Part shown: piece after piece, positions 17,704-26,113 of the stretch | Position numbering within the stretch: position 1 is the first letter of the stretch | Layout: the number at the start of each line of letters is the position of its first letter | DNA from: Candidatus Thorarchaeota archaeon | GTDB lineage: Archaea > Asgardarchaeota > Thorarchaeia > Thorarchaeales > Thorarchaeaceae | Length of the DNA stretch: 30,248 nt | Reading direction: 5' to 3' | Assembly (NCBI GenBank): GCA_048884785.1 | Contig: JBHLQM010000042.1 | Span: 1-30,248, forward strand | The notes under the pieces: generated by a model | The model's input: only the letters and a program-made list of their open reading frames with translations | What the model was told of the DNA's origin: nothing | Databases searched by the model: none | Made by a program: the position numbers and the translations under genes

Positions 17704-19113
17704 TCACCTATCTTTTGCCTGGAGTTTAATTCTGGCACCCATGATGCATTTGTCTCCTTTTCTTCCACCCATGGGATTATCCCGAGTTCCAAGTGAATTC
17801 ATACATCTTGCAGCAACCGCTGCACCCATTGCGAGACCGTCTTCTACAAAGACCAGTTGATGGGTTTTGCTCCAAAGATCTTCCTTGACTCTTAGATTAG
17901 ATGCTATTATGGTTGGCTTGTTTCCGCTTGTGATTGCCCGTCCAGTCAAACCAAGGGAGGTTTCCTCCAAGATTAGACCATTCTCGGCGGAGAGAGATAC
18001 CAGCCTGTTCACCAGCGTAGCCTGTGTGAGATCAAGAACTGTGTAAAGACCGTCAAGACCTTGATCTGAAAACAAATCTTTTCCAATCTTTTCTAGCTGA
18101 CTGAGCTTTGATCCATTTGTTCCAACATCCACGCCAATCAATGTGACTCCAGACTCTTCAGCTGCCTTGATATTGACAGGAACAGTTCCATAACGAGTGG
18201 TTCCTGGAGTAATGACTTCTACGCGAATCACACCCTGAATTTCATCTAGGAAATCTGGATGAACAAGAGAATGTGATTTGGCTGTGGCGGATGGCAAATC
18301 GAGAGCTGTTCCGTTAGTGATATCCAAGAATCCAGAACCCCTCACTATTGCATCAGGAATTGCGCCGGCTAAACCAGCAAATGAGCCAATTGTCTTTGCA
18401 TAGGGATGCGAATTGTCTGTAACCCTACCGGCTAATGTAGTGCCGAAGTCAAGTGTCATAACAGGATTTCTGAAGTCGATCTCAGTTCCTTTGACGGCTC
18501 CCTTTATCCCAGCCGTAACTAATTCACCTTCCATTTCATTCGCAACAACACTTGCATTAGCTGGAGGAAGAGAACTGGCAACAGCCCCATCAAAGTAGAC
18601 TTTCTTCAGCCAAGTATATTCTCTCAGATTTGGAGGAAGTGAATCAACAGTTAGGGCTGCAGTCATCTTTCGGGGAGGGACCCCTGCTTTGAGACACCCA
18701 TCTGCTAGAGCCTTCACCATTTCTCCAACATCTTCGGGATTGGAGAATCCAGCAGTCACTCCTGTTGAGCGAACAACAAAATGTAGGTCTTCTTCCACCC
18801 TCATGCCTGCTAATGAAAGAGCTTCCTGTAGTATCCCTGCAATCAGCTCAGCCACTGATTCTCTAGTTAGTTTGACTCCGACAATGGTTTCTCCAAAGAC
18901 TTCTTCATTTCTTAATGGTCTTCTCACATCCCGAGTGAATTTCACAACTTTTGCGAGTTGAAATATCTCGGCTGTTTTCAGATTCGTGGTTGAGAGAATG
19001 CATTTTGTAGTTGTATTGCCGAGCTCCACAGAAGCAACCGTGAAATAGGGACCTAGTCTTGTGGTTGTGATTCCAACAGAACGAGGTTTAATGACCCTGA
19101 CTCGCTTGACCAC
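17704..19113 (-). CDS. Methanogenesis marker protein 14-like (DUF2114), ASKHA/actin-fold ATPase
   Basis: VASVELGNTTTKCIL, TRDVR.P...EEVFG, FVVRSTGVTAGF, NEMEGELVTAGIK, DFRNP...LDFGTTLAGR, FVEDGLA.GAAV.ARCMNSLGT..NP.GG; directly downstream of mtrH as in methanogens. Confidence 0.85.
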   Translation of the reverse strand: MVKRVRVIKPRSVGITTTRLGPYFTVASVELGNTTTKCILSTTNLKTAEIFQLAKVVKFTRDVRRPLRNEEVFGETIVGVKLTRESVAELIAGILQEALSLAGMRVEEDLHFVVRSTGVTAGFSNPEDVGEMVKALADGCLKAGVPPRKMTAALTVDSLPPNLREYTWLKKVYFDGAVASSLPPANASVVANEMEGELVTAGIKGAVKGTEIDFRNPVMTLDFGTTLAGRVTDNSHPYAKTIGSFAGLAGAIPDAIVRGSGFLDITNGTALDLPSATAKSHSLVHPDFLDEIQGVIRVEVITPGTTRYGTVPVNIKAAEESGVTLIGVDVGTNGSKLSQLEKIGKDLFSDQGLDGLYTVLDLTQATLVNRLVSLSAENGLILEETSLGLTGRAITSGNKPTIIASNLRVKEDLWSKTHQLVFVEDGLAMGAAVAARCMNSLGTRDNPMGGRKGDKCIMGARIKLQAKDR

Positions 19114-19124
19114 TACATCAACTC

Positions 19125-20060
19125 CTACAGAAGGCGCCTGTATGGATGATCTTTCACTGGGTCAATACCTAGCTCAAGATTGGAGTATTCAGCGGCAAAG
19201 ATGTCAGCCATAGCAATGACAGGGAATACAGTTTCTGAATTCTTTATCGGACCGTATAGAATGAAATCCGCACCCAAGAGATGAACGGATAGATTTGATG
19301 AGATATCACACGCTTTGAATGCCTCTTTATTCTTCTTTTTGTAGTCATTGAGCCATGTCCACGATGATGGAGCATTATGTATCCCAGATCCGGTTGGCAG
19401 TCCATAGACCGATTTTGAAACAAATGTGAATGCAACTGAAGACCCGGCTCCAGCACCCATAGCTGTTGTAGCAGTGTCAATGAGTGGCTTGGTGATACCA
19501 AGCTCTTTGCTGAGAGGGAGCAATCCTTTTTCTATATTCAATACTCCTTCATCAAGCACTTTGCGCCTTCCTGCTATTGAGGGGTCCTGAGGATTAAAAG
19601 CAAGGATTATCGCACATTCATGCTGAATCTCCTCAAGTGAGTCATATTCAGCTTTTGTAATGGAGATGTTTATTGAGTTGTAAACTGCTCGATCCAGGAG
19701 ACCAATCTCCTCTGCATACTTCAGCCCATGAATACGCACCTGCGGATCTGTTGAATCAATAATGAATGGTGCTTGAGTCAGTGACGTTACGAAGTCAATG
19801 TAGCGCGTCAATGCTTCAGCGGACTCAGAAAAGATTTGAATCAGGCATGGATTGCCTGTTATGCCGGACATATCATCTTGCTGAGATATCAAGGATTCAG
19901 CCGCTTTCGTGTCAAATACTCCTTTTACAGGATCTTCAACAATTTTGTGACCGCCATAGAATATGGTTCCTGCAAGCACAGTAGGAAGCTCACCCGGATT
20001 TCCACCGACACGCACGCCGCCGATATTGTGAATTATTTGTTCTTTTTCAAATATGAACAA
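19125..20060 (-). CDS. mtrH: MtrH-family methyl-pterin:corrinoid methyltransferase (canonical-type)
   Basis: F.F.KEQ, GGNPGELPTVLAGTIFY..HKIVED, PF.IDST, YNSIN, LAFNP, GLPTGSGIHN..S.W.WL, GADF.LYGPI. Start reassigned to TTG 20060 (GGGAGGGA SD, 1 bp after the mtrA stop). Confidence 0.92.
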   Translation of the reverse strand: MFIFEKEQIIHNIGGVRVGGNPGELPTVLAGTIFYGGHKIVEDPVKGVFDTKAAESLISQQDDMSGITGNPCLIQIFSESAEALTRYIDFVTSLTQAPFIIDSTDPQVRIHGLKYAEEIGLLDRAVYNSINISITKAEYDSLEEIQHECAIILAFNPQDPSIAGRRKVLDEGVLNIEKGLLPLSKELGITKPLIDTATTAMGAGAGSSVAFTFVSKSVYGLPTGSGIHNAPSSWTWLNDYKKKNKEAFKACDISSNLSVHLLGADFILYGPIKNSETVFPVIAMADIFAAEYSNLELGIDPVKDHPYRRLL

Positions 20061-20061
20061 G

Positions 20062-20760
20062 TTAGGTTCCCTCCCTGCCAAACAATATTGTGCCTTTTCC
20101 TTCGGCTCGAATTTCGATTCCAATCGGCACAGGGTGAGTCGAAATGATTGCATCTATTAATTGCGAAAATATCATTGATGTTTCAGGATTGTAGAAGACA
20201 CCAAATTCAGGAAGAATCGATACATCTGCGGTTAGGGCTGCTGGAGTCCTTTTTCTATCGTCACCTTTGAAATCTATCCAAATCGCATCTTCGGGGTATC
20301 TTCCAGGATTGCGCTCATTCAATGCATCCACTCTTGCTGCAATGGCTTGTGGGTCTGAGTTGTTCATCATATTGATAAACTCAACCTGTTTTCTGAACCT
20401 TTCAACAGCATCAGCAGGGACGTTTTCTATGTAGGGGATAGCTCCTGAAGCATCTATGATACGTCGCGTTTCAGTATCGACTCCATTGGAATAGAGACTG
20501 GTGAGAGATGCCCCCGTATGATGTCCGGGTACTTCAGGACCTGAAAGAATCAAGAAACGAATGTTGGGATTAGAAACTATATTCACAATGATTCGTTCAA
20601 TTCCAATATTCTCTGTCTTGCAGGTGCCAATGATTCCATATTCAGCAGGAACATCGAACTTCTTGCCAAGCGTGCAAACTGCCACGGGCAAGTCGGGATT
20701 ACCTACCTCGAAATCTCCAGATACCGGAGGCCATTTTCTGCTTTCTCTGTTTTGTCCCAT
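20062..20760 (-). CDS. mtrA: MtrA-family corrinoid protein, soluble, with MtrB-like C-terminal extension
   Basis: WPPVSGDF.VG.P..PVAVCTL, G.CKTENIGIE....N.VSNPNIRFLIL.G.EV.GH (Co-ligand His80), GAIPYIEN, RF..QVE. No hydrophobic C-terminal anchor. Confidence 0.92.
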   Translation of the reverse strand: MGQNRESRKWPPVSGDFEVGNPDLPVAVCTLGKKFDVPAEYGIIGTCKTENIGIERIIVNIVSNPNIRFLILSGPEVPGHHTGASLTSLYSNGVDTETRRIIDASGAIPYIENVPADAVERFRKQVEFINMMNNSDPQAIAARVDALNERNPGRYPEDAIWIDFKGDDRKRTPAALTADVSILPEFGVFYNPETSMIFSQLIDAIISTHPVPIGIEIRAEGKGTILFGREGT

Positions 20761-20771
20761 TTTCCATCAAC

Positions 20772-21698
20772 CTACTCAAAATTTGGGGGATCGAAAAGTT
20801 CTGTTGACAGCCCCAGAGATCTGAGGGATTCCGCAGCAGATGTAGCCATGGCATTTGCCATAAGTGAAACTGCAGTGAACACTTCCTTCGTTCGAATCAT
20901 TGAACCATACATAACGCAATCTGCTGCAAAAAGCTGAGCGGCAATCACCGAAGCAACCAAAGATGACATGTAAGTGGACTCATCATCAAACCCTGGTTGC
21001 TTGAGAAAGCTCCACGCTGATGGAGCGTTATGTGGACTTATGCTGGTTGGTAATCCCAGTTCTGATTTAATGGCAAGAAGCGTGCGGTAGTCCAAACCAA
21101 ACCCAGCTCCTACCGGCATAGTTGCAGGGTCGACAAGAATCCTATCAACGCCTAATTCGGAAGTTTTGGCAATCATCTCTTGAATAATCTTCATTCGTTC
21201 TGGGAGAGATGTTGCCCGTGGGGACCAGCCTAATACGACCGCCATTTTGATGGAACTGGATTTCAGTTTCTCCATCTCATCCTCAGTGGTAGAGAGATTA
21301 ATGCTGTTGTAAATCAGTCGATCTGCCAGTCCGAGCTCGTCACATAATTCAATTCCTCTCAACCGGGCCTGCATGTTTGCTGATTCGAACATAAATGGAC
21401 CATCAATATTCTCTGCTAACCATGAAACATGCATCTCCATTGCGGTGGGAGTGCGTGCGTAGGCCTGGAGAATAAGTGGATGGCCAGTCTTTTGTGTTAG
21501 TGAATTACCTAGAGTGATCCATTGAAGAGCAGTTTGTTTATCAAAAAGACCTTCTTTTGTGTTTTCCACGATAGGCTGTCCTTTAAAGAAAAGTCCACCG
21601 ACTAACACAGTGGGGTTCTCCCCAGGGGATCCACCTATTCGGATCCCGCCAAAATCGAATGTCTGTTGAGGCTTTTTGAACACAAACATCATCATCAT
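20772..21698 (-). CDS. mtrH: Second, divergent MtrH-family methyltransferase
   Basis: F.FKKPQ, GGSPGENPTVL.G.LF, YNSIN, K...GLPT...HNAPSAW, D..MYG; ATGA overlap with metF. Confidence 0.85.
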   Translation of the reverse strand: MMMMFVFKKPQQTFDFGGIRIGGSPGENPTVLVGGLFFKGQPIVENTKEGLFDKQTALQWITLGNSLTQKTGHPLILQAYARTPTAMEMHVSWLAENIDGPFMFESANMQARLRGIELCDELGLADRLIYNSINLSTTEDEMEKLKSSSIKMAVVLGWSPRATSLPERMKIIQEMIAKTSELGVDRILVDPATMPVGAGFGLDYRTLLAIKSELGLPTSISPHNAPSAWSFLKQPGFDDESTYMSSLVASVIAAQLFAADCVMYGSMIRTKEVFTAVSLMANAMATSAAESLRSLGLSTELFDPPNFE

Positions 21699-22627
21699 CC
21701 TCTTTTTAAACGAGGGTGCAAACCTGTAGCTTTTACTAATTCTGGAACACTCTCAGGCCATCCAACACCCATTATATGAATCCCATTCAAACCCTCAATT
21801 CTCTTAACAGCTTCGATGGTTTCAATAGCTATCTCGAGCCCGACTTTCCGAGCTGCACTCTCCCTATCATCCCCGAATAGTCCTTCTTCCGCATCTTGCA
21901 AACGCCTGATGAATTCTTTTGGAACCTTGATTCCAGGGACTCTGAGATTCATCAACTCAGCCATTTCCGAATTCCTCAGCGGCACTATTCCAGCAAGAAC
22001 CCTGAGATTCAATCCTTCAATTTCAGTCATTACGGTTTCAAATGGAGTCATATCATATATTGCCTGCGTTTGAAAAAACTGGGCACCGGCATTTCGCTTC
22101 TCAATGATTCTCTTGACTTGTGAGTCATGGGGTTCGGAGTAGGGATTGAATGTCGCTCCTGCGAAGAAGTCCGGAGCTCCAGTGAGCTCCTCTCCTGAGA
22201 TATCAAAACCCTCCCTCATCACCTCAAGTAAGTCTAGCGCCAATACAGAATCAACATCAAAAACCATTTTTGTCAGGGGGTGTGTTCCGAGAAGAACATG
22301 GTCTCCAGATACAAGGAGGATGTTTCGAATTCCAAGAGCATAGGCCCCATACAAATCACTCTGAATCGCAATTCTATTCCGGTCCCGACCCGTCATCTGC
22401 ATTATTGGTTCTAGACCTTGTTGCAAAAGGAAATGAGAGCAAACAATGCTGCTCATCGATGGAATTCCTCTAGGATTATCGGGTACATTGACCGCATCGC
22501 AATAGCCCCTAATGATACTGATTTGCTCTTGAAGAGCCCCTAAATCTGAACCTCGCGGCGAGCCAATTTCAGCTGTGACAACAAACTCTCCTTTTTGAAA
22601 TAACCACTCAAGATGTGACCGATACAG
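21695..22627 (-). CDS. metF: Methylenetetrahydrofolate reductase (MetF, flavin TIM barrel)
   Basis: EPIMQMTGRDRNRIAIQSDL.GA.ALGIRNIL..SGD, K..AGAQFFQTQ, LAGIVPL, GIHIM. The frame stays open 57 codons upstream of the track's ATG (FVVTAEIGSPRGSD...DAVNVPDNP) to a CTG at 22627. Confidence 0.88.
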   Translation of the reverse strand: MYRSHLEWLFQKGEFVVTAEIGSPRGSDLGALQEQISIIRGYCDAVNVPDNPRGIPSMSSIVCSHFLLQQGLEPIMQMTGRDRNRIAIQSDLYGAYALGIRNILLVSGDHVLLGTHPLTKMVFDVDSVLALDLLEVMREGFDISGEELTGAPDFFAGATFNPYSEPHDSQVKRIIEKRNAGAQFFQTQAIYDMTPFETVMTEIEGLNLRVLAGIVPLRNSEMAELMNLRVPGIKVPKEFIRRLQDAEEGLFGDDRESAARKVGLEIAIETIEAVKRIEGLNGIHIMGVGWPESVPELVKATGLHPRLKRG

Positions 22628-22696
22628 CTCATCTCACTTCCAGATAGCTGTTGCTTGATAATGACCAACATATCATCTTTGCTGCATGACTCTCAA

Positions 22697-23986
22697 TCAC
22701 GCAATGACTCTCGCTACCACAACTTCTGGACTCTTTCTTACCAGTTTTTGGGCAATTTCAATACTTAGACTTGCCATGATCTCCATATAATCCGTCCTGA
22801 ACTCCTTGGATTTAACCTCGCCCACTTCATGTAGCCAAGAAAGAATAGACATACCTTGATCCCCGTAGGGTAGCTGAATAGAATATGTGTACACCTCTGG
22901 AAGTTGGTGTTCAACTTCTTCCAAGAGCCGCTTTATACCAATATGCTCCTTTGCCGAGATCGAAACGAGTGAGTTGGAGTGTTCAGCAAAATGGAGCTCC
23001 TTCTTTTTTAGATCATCCTCATCAATGAGGTCTATCTTATTCAGGACCATTACAACAGGGATACCATTTGCACCAATATCTGCAAAGGTATCAAGACATG
23101 TGGCTATTTTCCTCTCCATCTCCTCGATGGCATCAGAGGCATCGACCACCAAGAGAATGGCATCTGCATCGGATATCTCCATTAGAGTTGTGTTGAAGGC
23201 GCGCATGAGAGATTCAGGAATATCACTTATGAATCCAACCGAATCCGAAATCACAACTTGTCGATTCAGAGATTCCAAGCGTGCTGTCTTAGTTGAGAGG
23301 GTGGTAAAAAGCTGATCCGCAATTTCCACTCCTGAACTCGTTAGCGTGTTGTGTAGTGTGCTTTTCCCGGCGTTGGTATAGCCGGCAAGAGCAACTTCCA
23401 CAAATCCAATACTGCTGCGTTTCTTCTTCTTTAGACTCTGAGAGTCAGCAATCTTTTGCAGCTTGCTATCAATGTCTGCGATTCTACGTCGTATCTCCAT
23501 CATATGTTTGGATAATATATCCTCGCCAGCTCCGACTTGGTCTGTAATGGGTCGGTCACCGGTGTGCTCTTTCTGAAGCCTTACTCGAATCTGATGTCTT
23601 TCGAAAGGCAGTTCATATCGAAGTCGAGCCTGTTCTATTTGCAATTTCGCTTGTGGTGTACTGGCATGACGATCAAATATCTCTAGGATGACTTGTGTCC
23701 TGTCTCGAACCTCAAGGTCCCATTTCTCCATGAGCCTAAACAATTGTCCTGATTTTAATGATGGGGAGAAAAGAACTACATCAGCTTTCTCAACTTCAAG
23801 CCATGTTGCGATTTCATCAACCTTGCCTGACCGTAGCCCGTATTTGGCAGACGGTGGGCTAACTATGTCAAAGCATCCAATGACAGAGTAACCAGCTGTG
23901 GTGGCAAGCGCTTTGAACTCTGAAATAAGGTTGGGCTCGCTTCTGCTTCTTCGCTGAACGAGTAGAGCTTTTGTTAGTTCCATCAC
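22697..23986 (-). CDS. hflX: Ribosome-associated GTPase HflX
   Basis: DRTQVILEIF..HA....AKLQIE.ARLRY, GYTNAGKST, LFTTL, SDSVGFI, NKID, ISAK. Confidence 0.95.
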   Translation of the reverse strand: MMELTKALLVQRRSRSEPNLISEFKALATTAGYSVIGCFDIVSPPSAKYGLRSGKVDEIATWLEVEKADVVLFSPSLKSGQLFRLMEKWDLEVRDRTQVILEIFDRHASTPQAKLQIEQARLRYELPFERHQIRVRLQKEHTGDRPITDQVGAGEDILSKHMMEIRRRIADIDSKLQKIADSQSLKKKKRSSIGFVEVALAGYTNAGKSTLHNTLTSSGVEIADQLFTTLSTKTARLESLNRQVVISDSVGFISDIPESLMRAFNTTLMEISDADAILLVVDASDAIEEMERKIATCLDTFADIGANGIPVVMVLNKIDLIDEDDLKKKELHFAEHSNSLVSISAKEHIGIKRLLEEVEHQLPEVYTYSIQLPYGDQGMSILSWLHEVGEVKSKEFRTDYMEIMASLSIEIAQKLVRKSPEVVVARVIA

Positions 23987-24076
23987 TATGCCGCATTATC
24001 ATTTGGTCTTAAAGAGTATGATGTGTCAAGAGCAAAAGATTCTTGGGCAAAGGGCAGAGGATGTGTGCTGTTTCAA

Positions 24077-26113
24077 ATGAGTCGCTTCGAAATCAAGGCA
24101 AAGGATGGAATGGCACGTCTTGGTAAATTCACAACCGAGCACGGGGTAGTAAAAACGCCGCTCTTGATGCCAGTGGTGCATCCTGGTAAGTCTGAGATCC
24201 CAACCTCGGAGCTCGTATCAAGATTTGGATTTCAAATGGTCATTACCAATTCGTATATTATCAAATCAAGAGACAAATTCAGAAACGTAGCTCTTGATCA
24301 TGGAGTGCATCATCTGCTCAATTTCAACGGACCTATTATGACAGACTCAGGAACATTTCAGATGTATTTCCATGATCTTCCTAAGGAGGAAATCGATCCG
24401 CTCGAGATTGTCAGGTTTCAGAATAGAATCGGCTCAGATATTGGAACGATTTTGGATGTGTTCTCAGATCCTGATGTTGGAAGAAAAAATGTTGAGGAAG
24501 ATGTTCACCTTTCACTTGAGAGGGCTCGGGTCTCAGTAGCAGAGAAGGGTAACCTATTACTTGCAGGAACAGTGCAAGGAGGGGTATACTCAGACCTTCG
24601 TGAAGAATCTGCAAGAGCAATGGCAGAGCTTGACTTTGATGTTTTTCCAATTGGAGGTGTCGTGCCCCTTATGGAGAGGTATCGCTATTCAGACATTGTT
24701 CGGATTGTTCTTGCGGTAAAGAAACACTTGCCATTAGATCGGCCTGTGCATCTATTTGGATGTGGACACCCGATGCTATTCTCTCAAGCAGCTCTTCTTG
24801 GTTGCGATTTTTTCGATTCGGCTTCCTACGCAAAATTCGCCGCAGCAGGTCGGATGATGTTATCGTCAGGGACAGTGCATCTTGAAAATCTAAGCGAGTT
24901 GCCTTGTGAATGTCCAATATGCAGTGGAACAACAGCTGATGATTTGAAGCAAGAAAGCAAAGAAGAACGAGAACTAAACCTGATGCGGCACAATCTGTTT
25001 GTTAGTGCAGGTGAAATACGTAGAGTCCATCAAGCGATTTCAGAGGGAAGATTGATGGAACTCGCTGCCACACGCGCAAGAGGGCATCCCGAATTGTACG
25101 AGGCTTTTCAGACCATGCTTGATTCATCGGAGCAGTTGATGGAATCAGATCCGATTGGAAACGCCAGCTCTATTTTCTACACCGGAACAGAAACATCAAG
25201 ACTCCCTGTATTTCAGCGATTTCACAAGCGCCTAATCATGTCATATCCATATAGAAAGACAAAGACACTCGTCCTGATTCCAGACCGAGCCGGCCATCCA
25301 TTTTCTGAGAGCCTTCCCGAGATAACAAGGATCGTGAAAGAAAACCGCTTTGAAGATGTGATACTTGCTTTTGCCACTCCTCAAGGGATTATCCCCCTTG
25401 AACTCGAGCATGTGTATCCATGCCAGCAGGCAATATTCCCGATGAGCCTTGATCCTACTACCCTCTCGAACGCAATAGCACGAACCATTGATTTCCTGCA
25501 AATGATTGATGCAGATAGAGTAATTTGGGCAAGGAGAAATACACCTGTAGATTCCATTTATGAAGAAATCAGCGAAGTATTTGCACTCGATCTGGTGGCC
25601 GGAGTAGAAAACACAATTTCAGATCTTCAACTGGATTCTTCGCCGCAAGCCAATTGGGTAAAAAGGAAACTTATGGCACTGTTTTCATTTGAATGGGGAT
25701 TATCCGGTGAAGGGATTCTAAGCTCCCCTGGTTTCAAGGCAACAGTATCACGTAAAACAGGAAAAATCAGATACATTCAGATAGATGATGAAATACTCTT
25801 TACTCTACTGCCATCAACGGGTCTTCTTATTCCAACATATGAAGGAGGATTGGCTTTGCTCAGAGAGGGGATTAATAGCCGATATATTGTAATTGTTGAT
25901 GACGATGCTGCAGAGTTTGTCGTAAAAGGGAAGTCAGCTCTTGCCAAGTTTGTTACACGAGCAGACTCCTGCCTTTTGGCAGGAGAAGAGGTGCTCATTG
26001 TTGATCAGAAAGATAAACTACTTGCAACCGGACGTGCACATCTCACAGGGAAAGAGATGATTGCATTTAGCAGAGGAGTGGCAATCACACCTAGACATTC
26101 GATGCCTCAGTAG
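24077..26113 (+). CDS. tgtA: Archaeosine tRNA-guanine(15) transglycosylase with C-terminal PUA domain
   Basis: FEIKAKDG.ARLG, TP.LMPV, MTDSG.FQ, PIGGVVPLME.YRY, HLFG.GHP, D.FDSASY, Zn site CECPIC..H, PUA domain (GKS..AKFV, GEEVL.VD). ATG 24077 preferred. Confidence 0.95.
   Translation: MSRFEIKAKDGMARLGKFTTEHGVVKTPLLMPVVHPGKSEIPTSELVSRFGFQMVITNSYIIKSRDKFRNVALDHGVHHLLNFNGPIMTDSGTFQMYFHDLPKEEIDPLEIVRFQNRIGSDIGTILDVFSDPDVGRKNVEEDVHLSLERARVSVAEKGNLLLAGTVQGGVYSDLREESARAMAELDFDVFPIGGVVPLMERYRYSDIVRIVLAVKKHLPLDRPVHLFGCGHPMLFSQAALLGCDFFDSASYAKFAAAGRMMLSSGTVHLENLSELPCECPICSGTTADDLKQESKEERELNLMRHNLFVSAGEIRRVHQAISEGRLMELAATRARGHPELYEAFQTMLDSSEQLMESDPIGNASSIFYTGTETSRLPVFQRFHKRLIMSYPYRKTKTLVLIPDRAGHPFSESLPEITRIVKENRFEDVILAFATPQGIIPLELEHVYPCQQAIFPMSLDPTTLSNAIARTIDFLQMIDADRVIWARRNTPVDSIYEEISEVFALDLVAGVENTISDLQLDSSPQANWVKRKLMALFSFEWGLSGEGILSSPGFKATVSRKTGKIRYIQIDDEILFTLLPSTGLLIPTYEGGLALLREGINSRYIVIVDDDAAEFVVKGKSALAKFVTRADSCLLAGEEVLIVDQKDKLLATGRAHLTGKEMIAFSRGVAITPRHSMPQ

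Noticed and set aside
20061-20153. 31-aa N-terminal extension of MtrH given by the ORF track
   Set aside because: It overlaps the mtrA 3' end; family similarity begins at TTG 20060, which has a good SD.
17704-21698. Calling the organism a methanogen with a Na+-pumping Mtr
   Set aside because: No mtrC/D/E/F/G or mcr genes in the window and MtrA lacks a membrane anchor; the rest of the genome cannot be seen.
22628-22700. Selenocysteine read-through of the TGA upstream of metF
   Set aside because: The frame beyond the TGA hits another stop with no start codon, and the position is not a catalytic Cys site.
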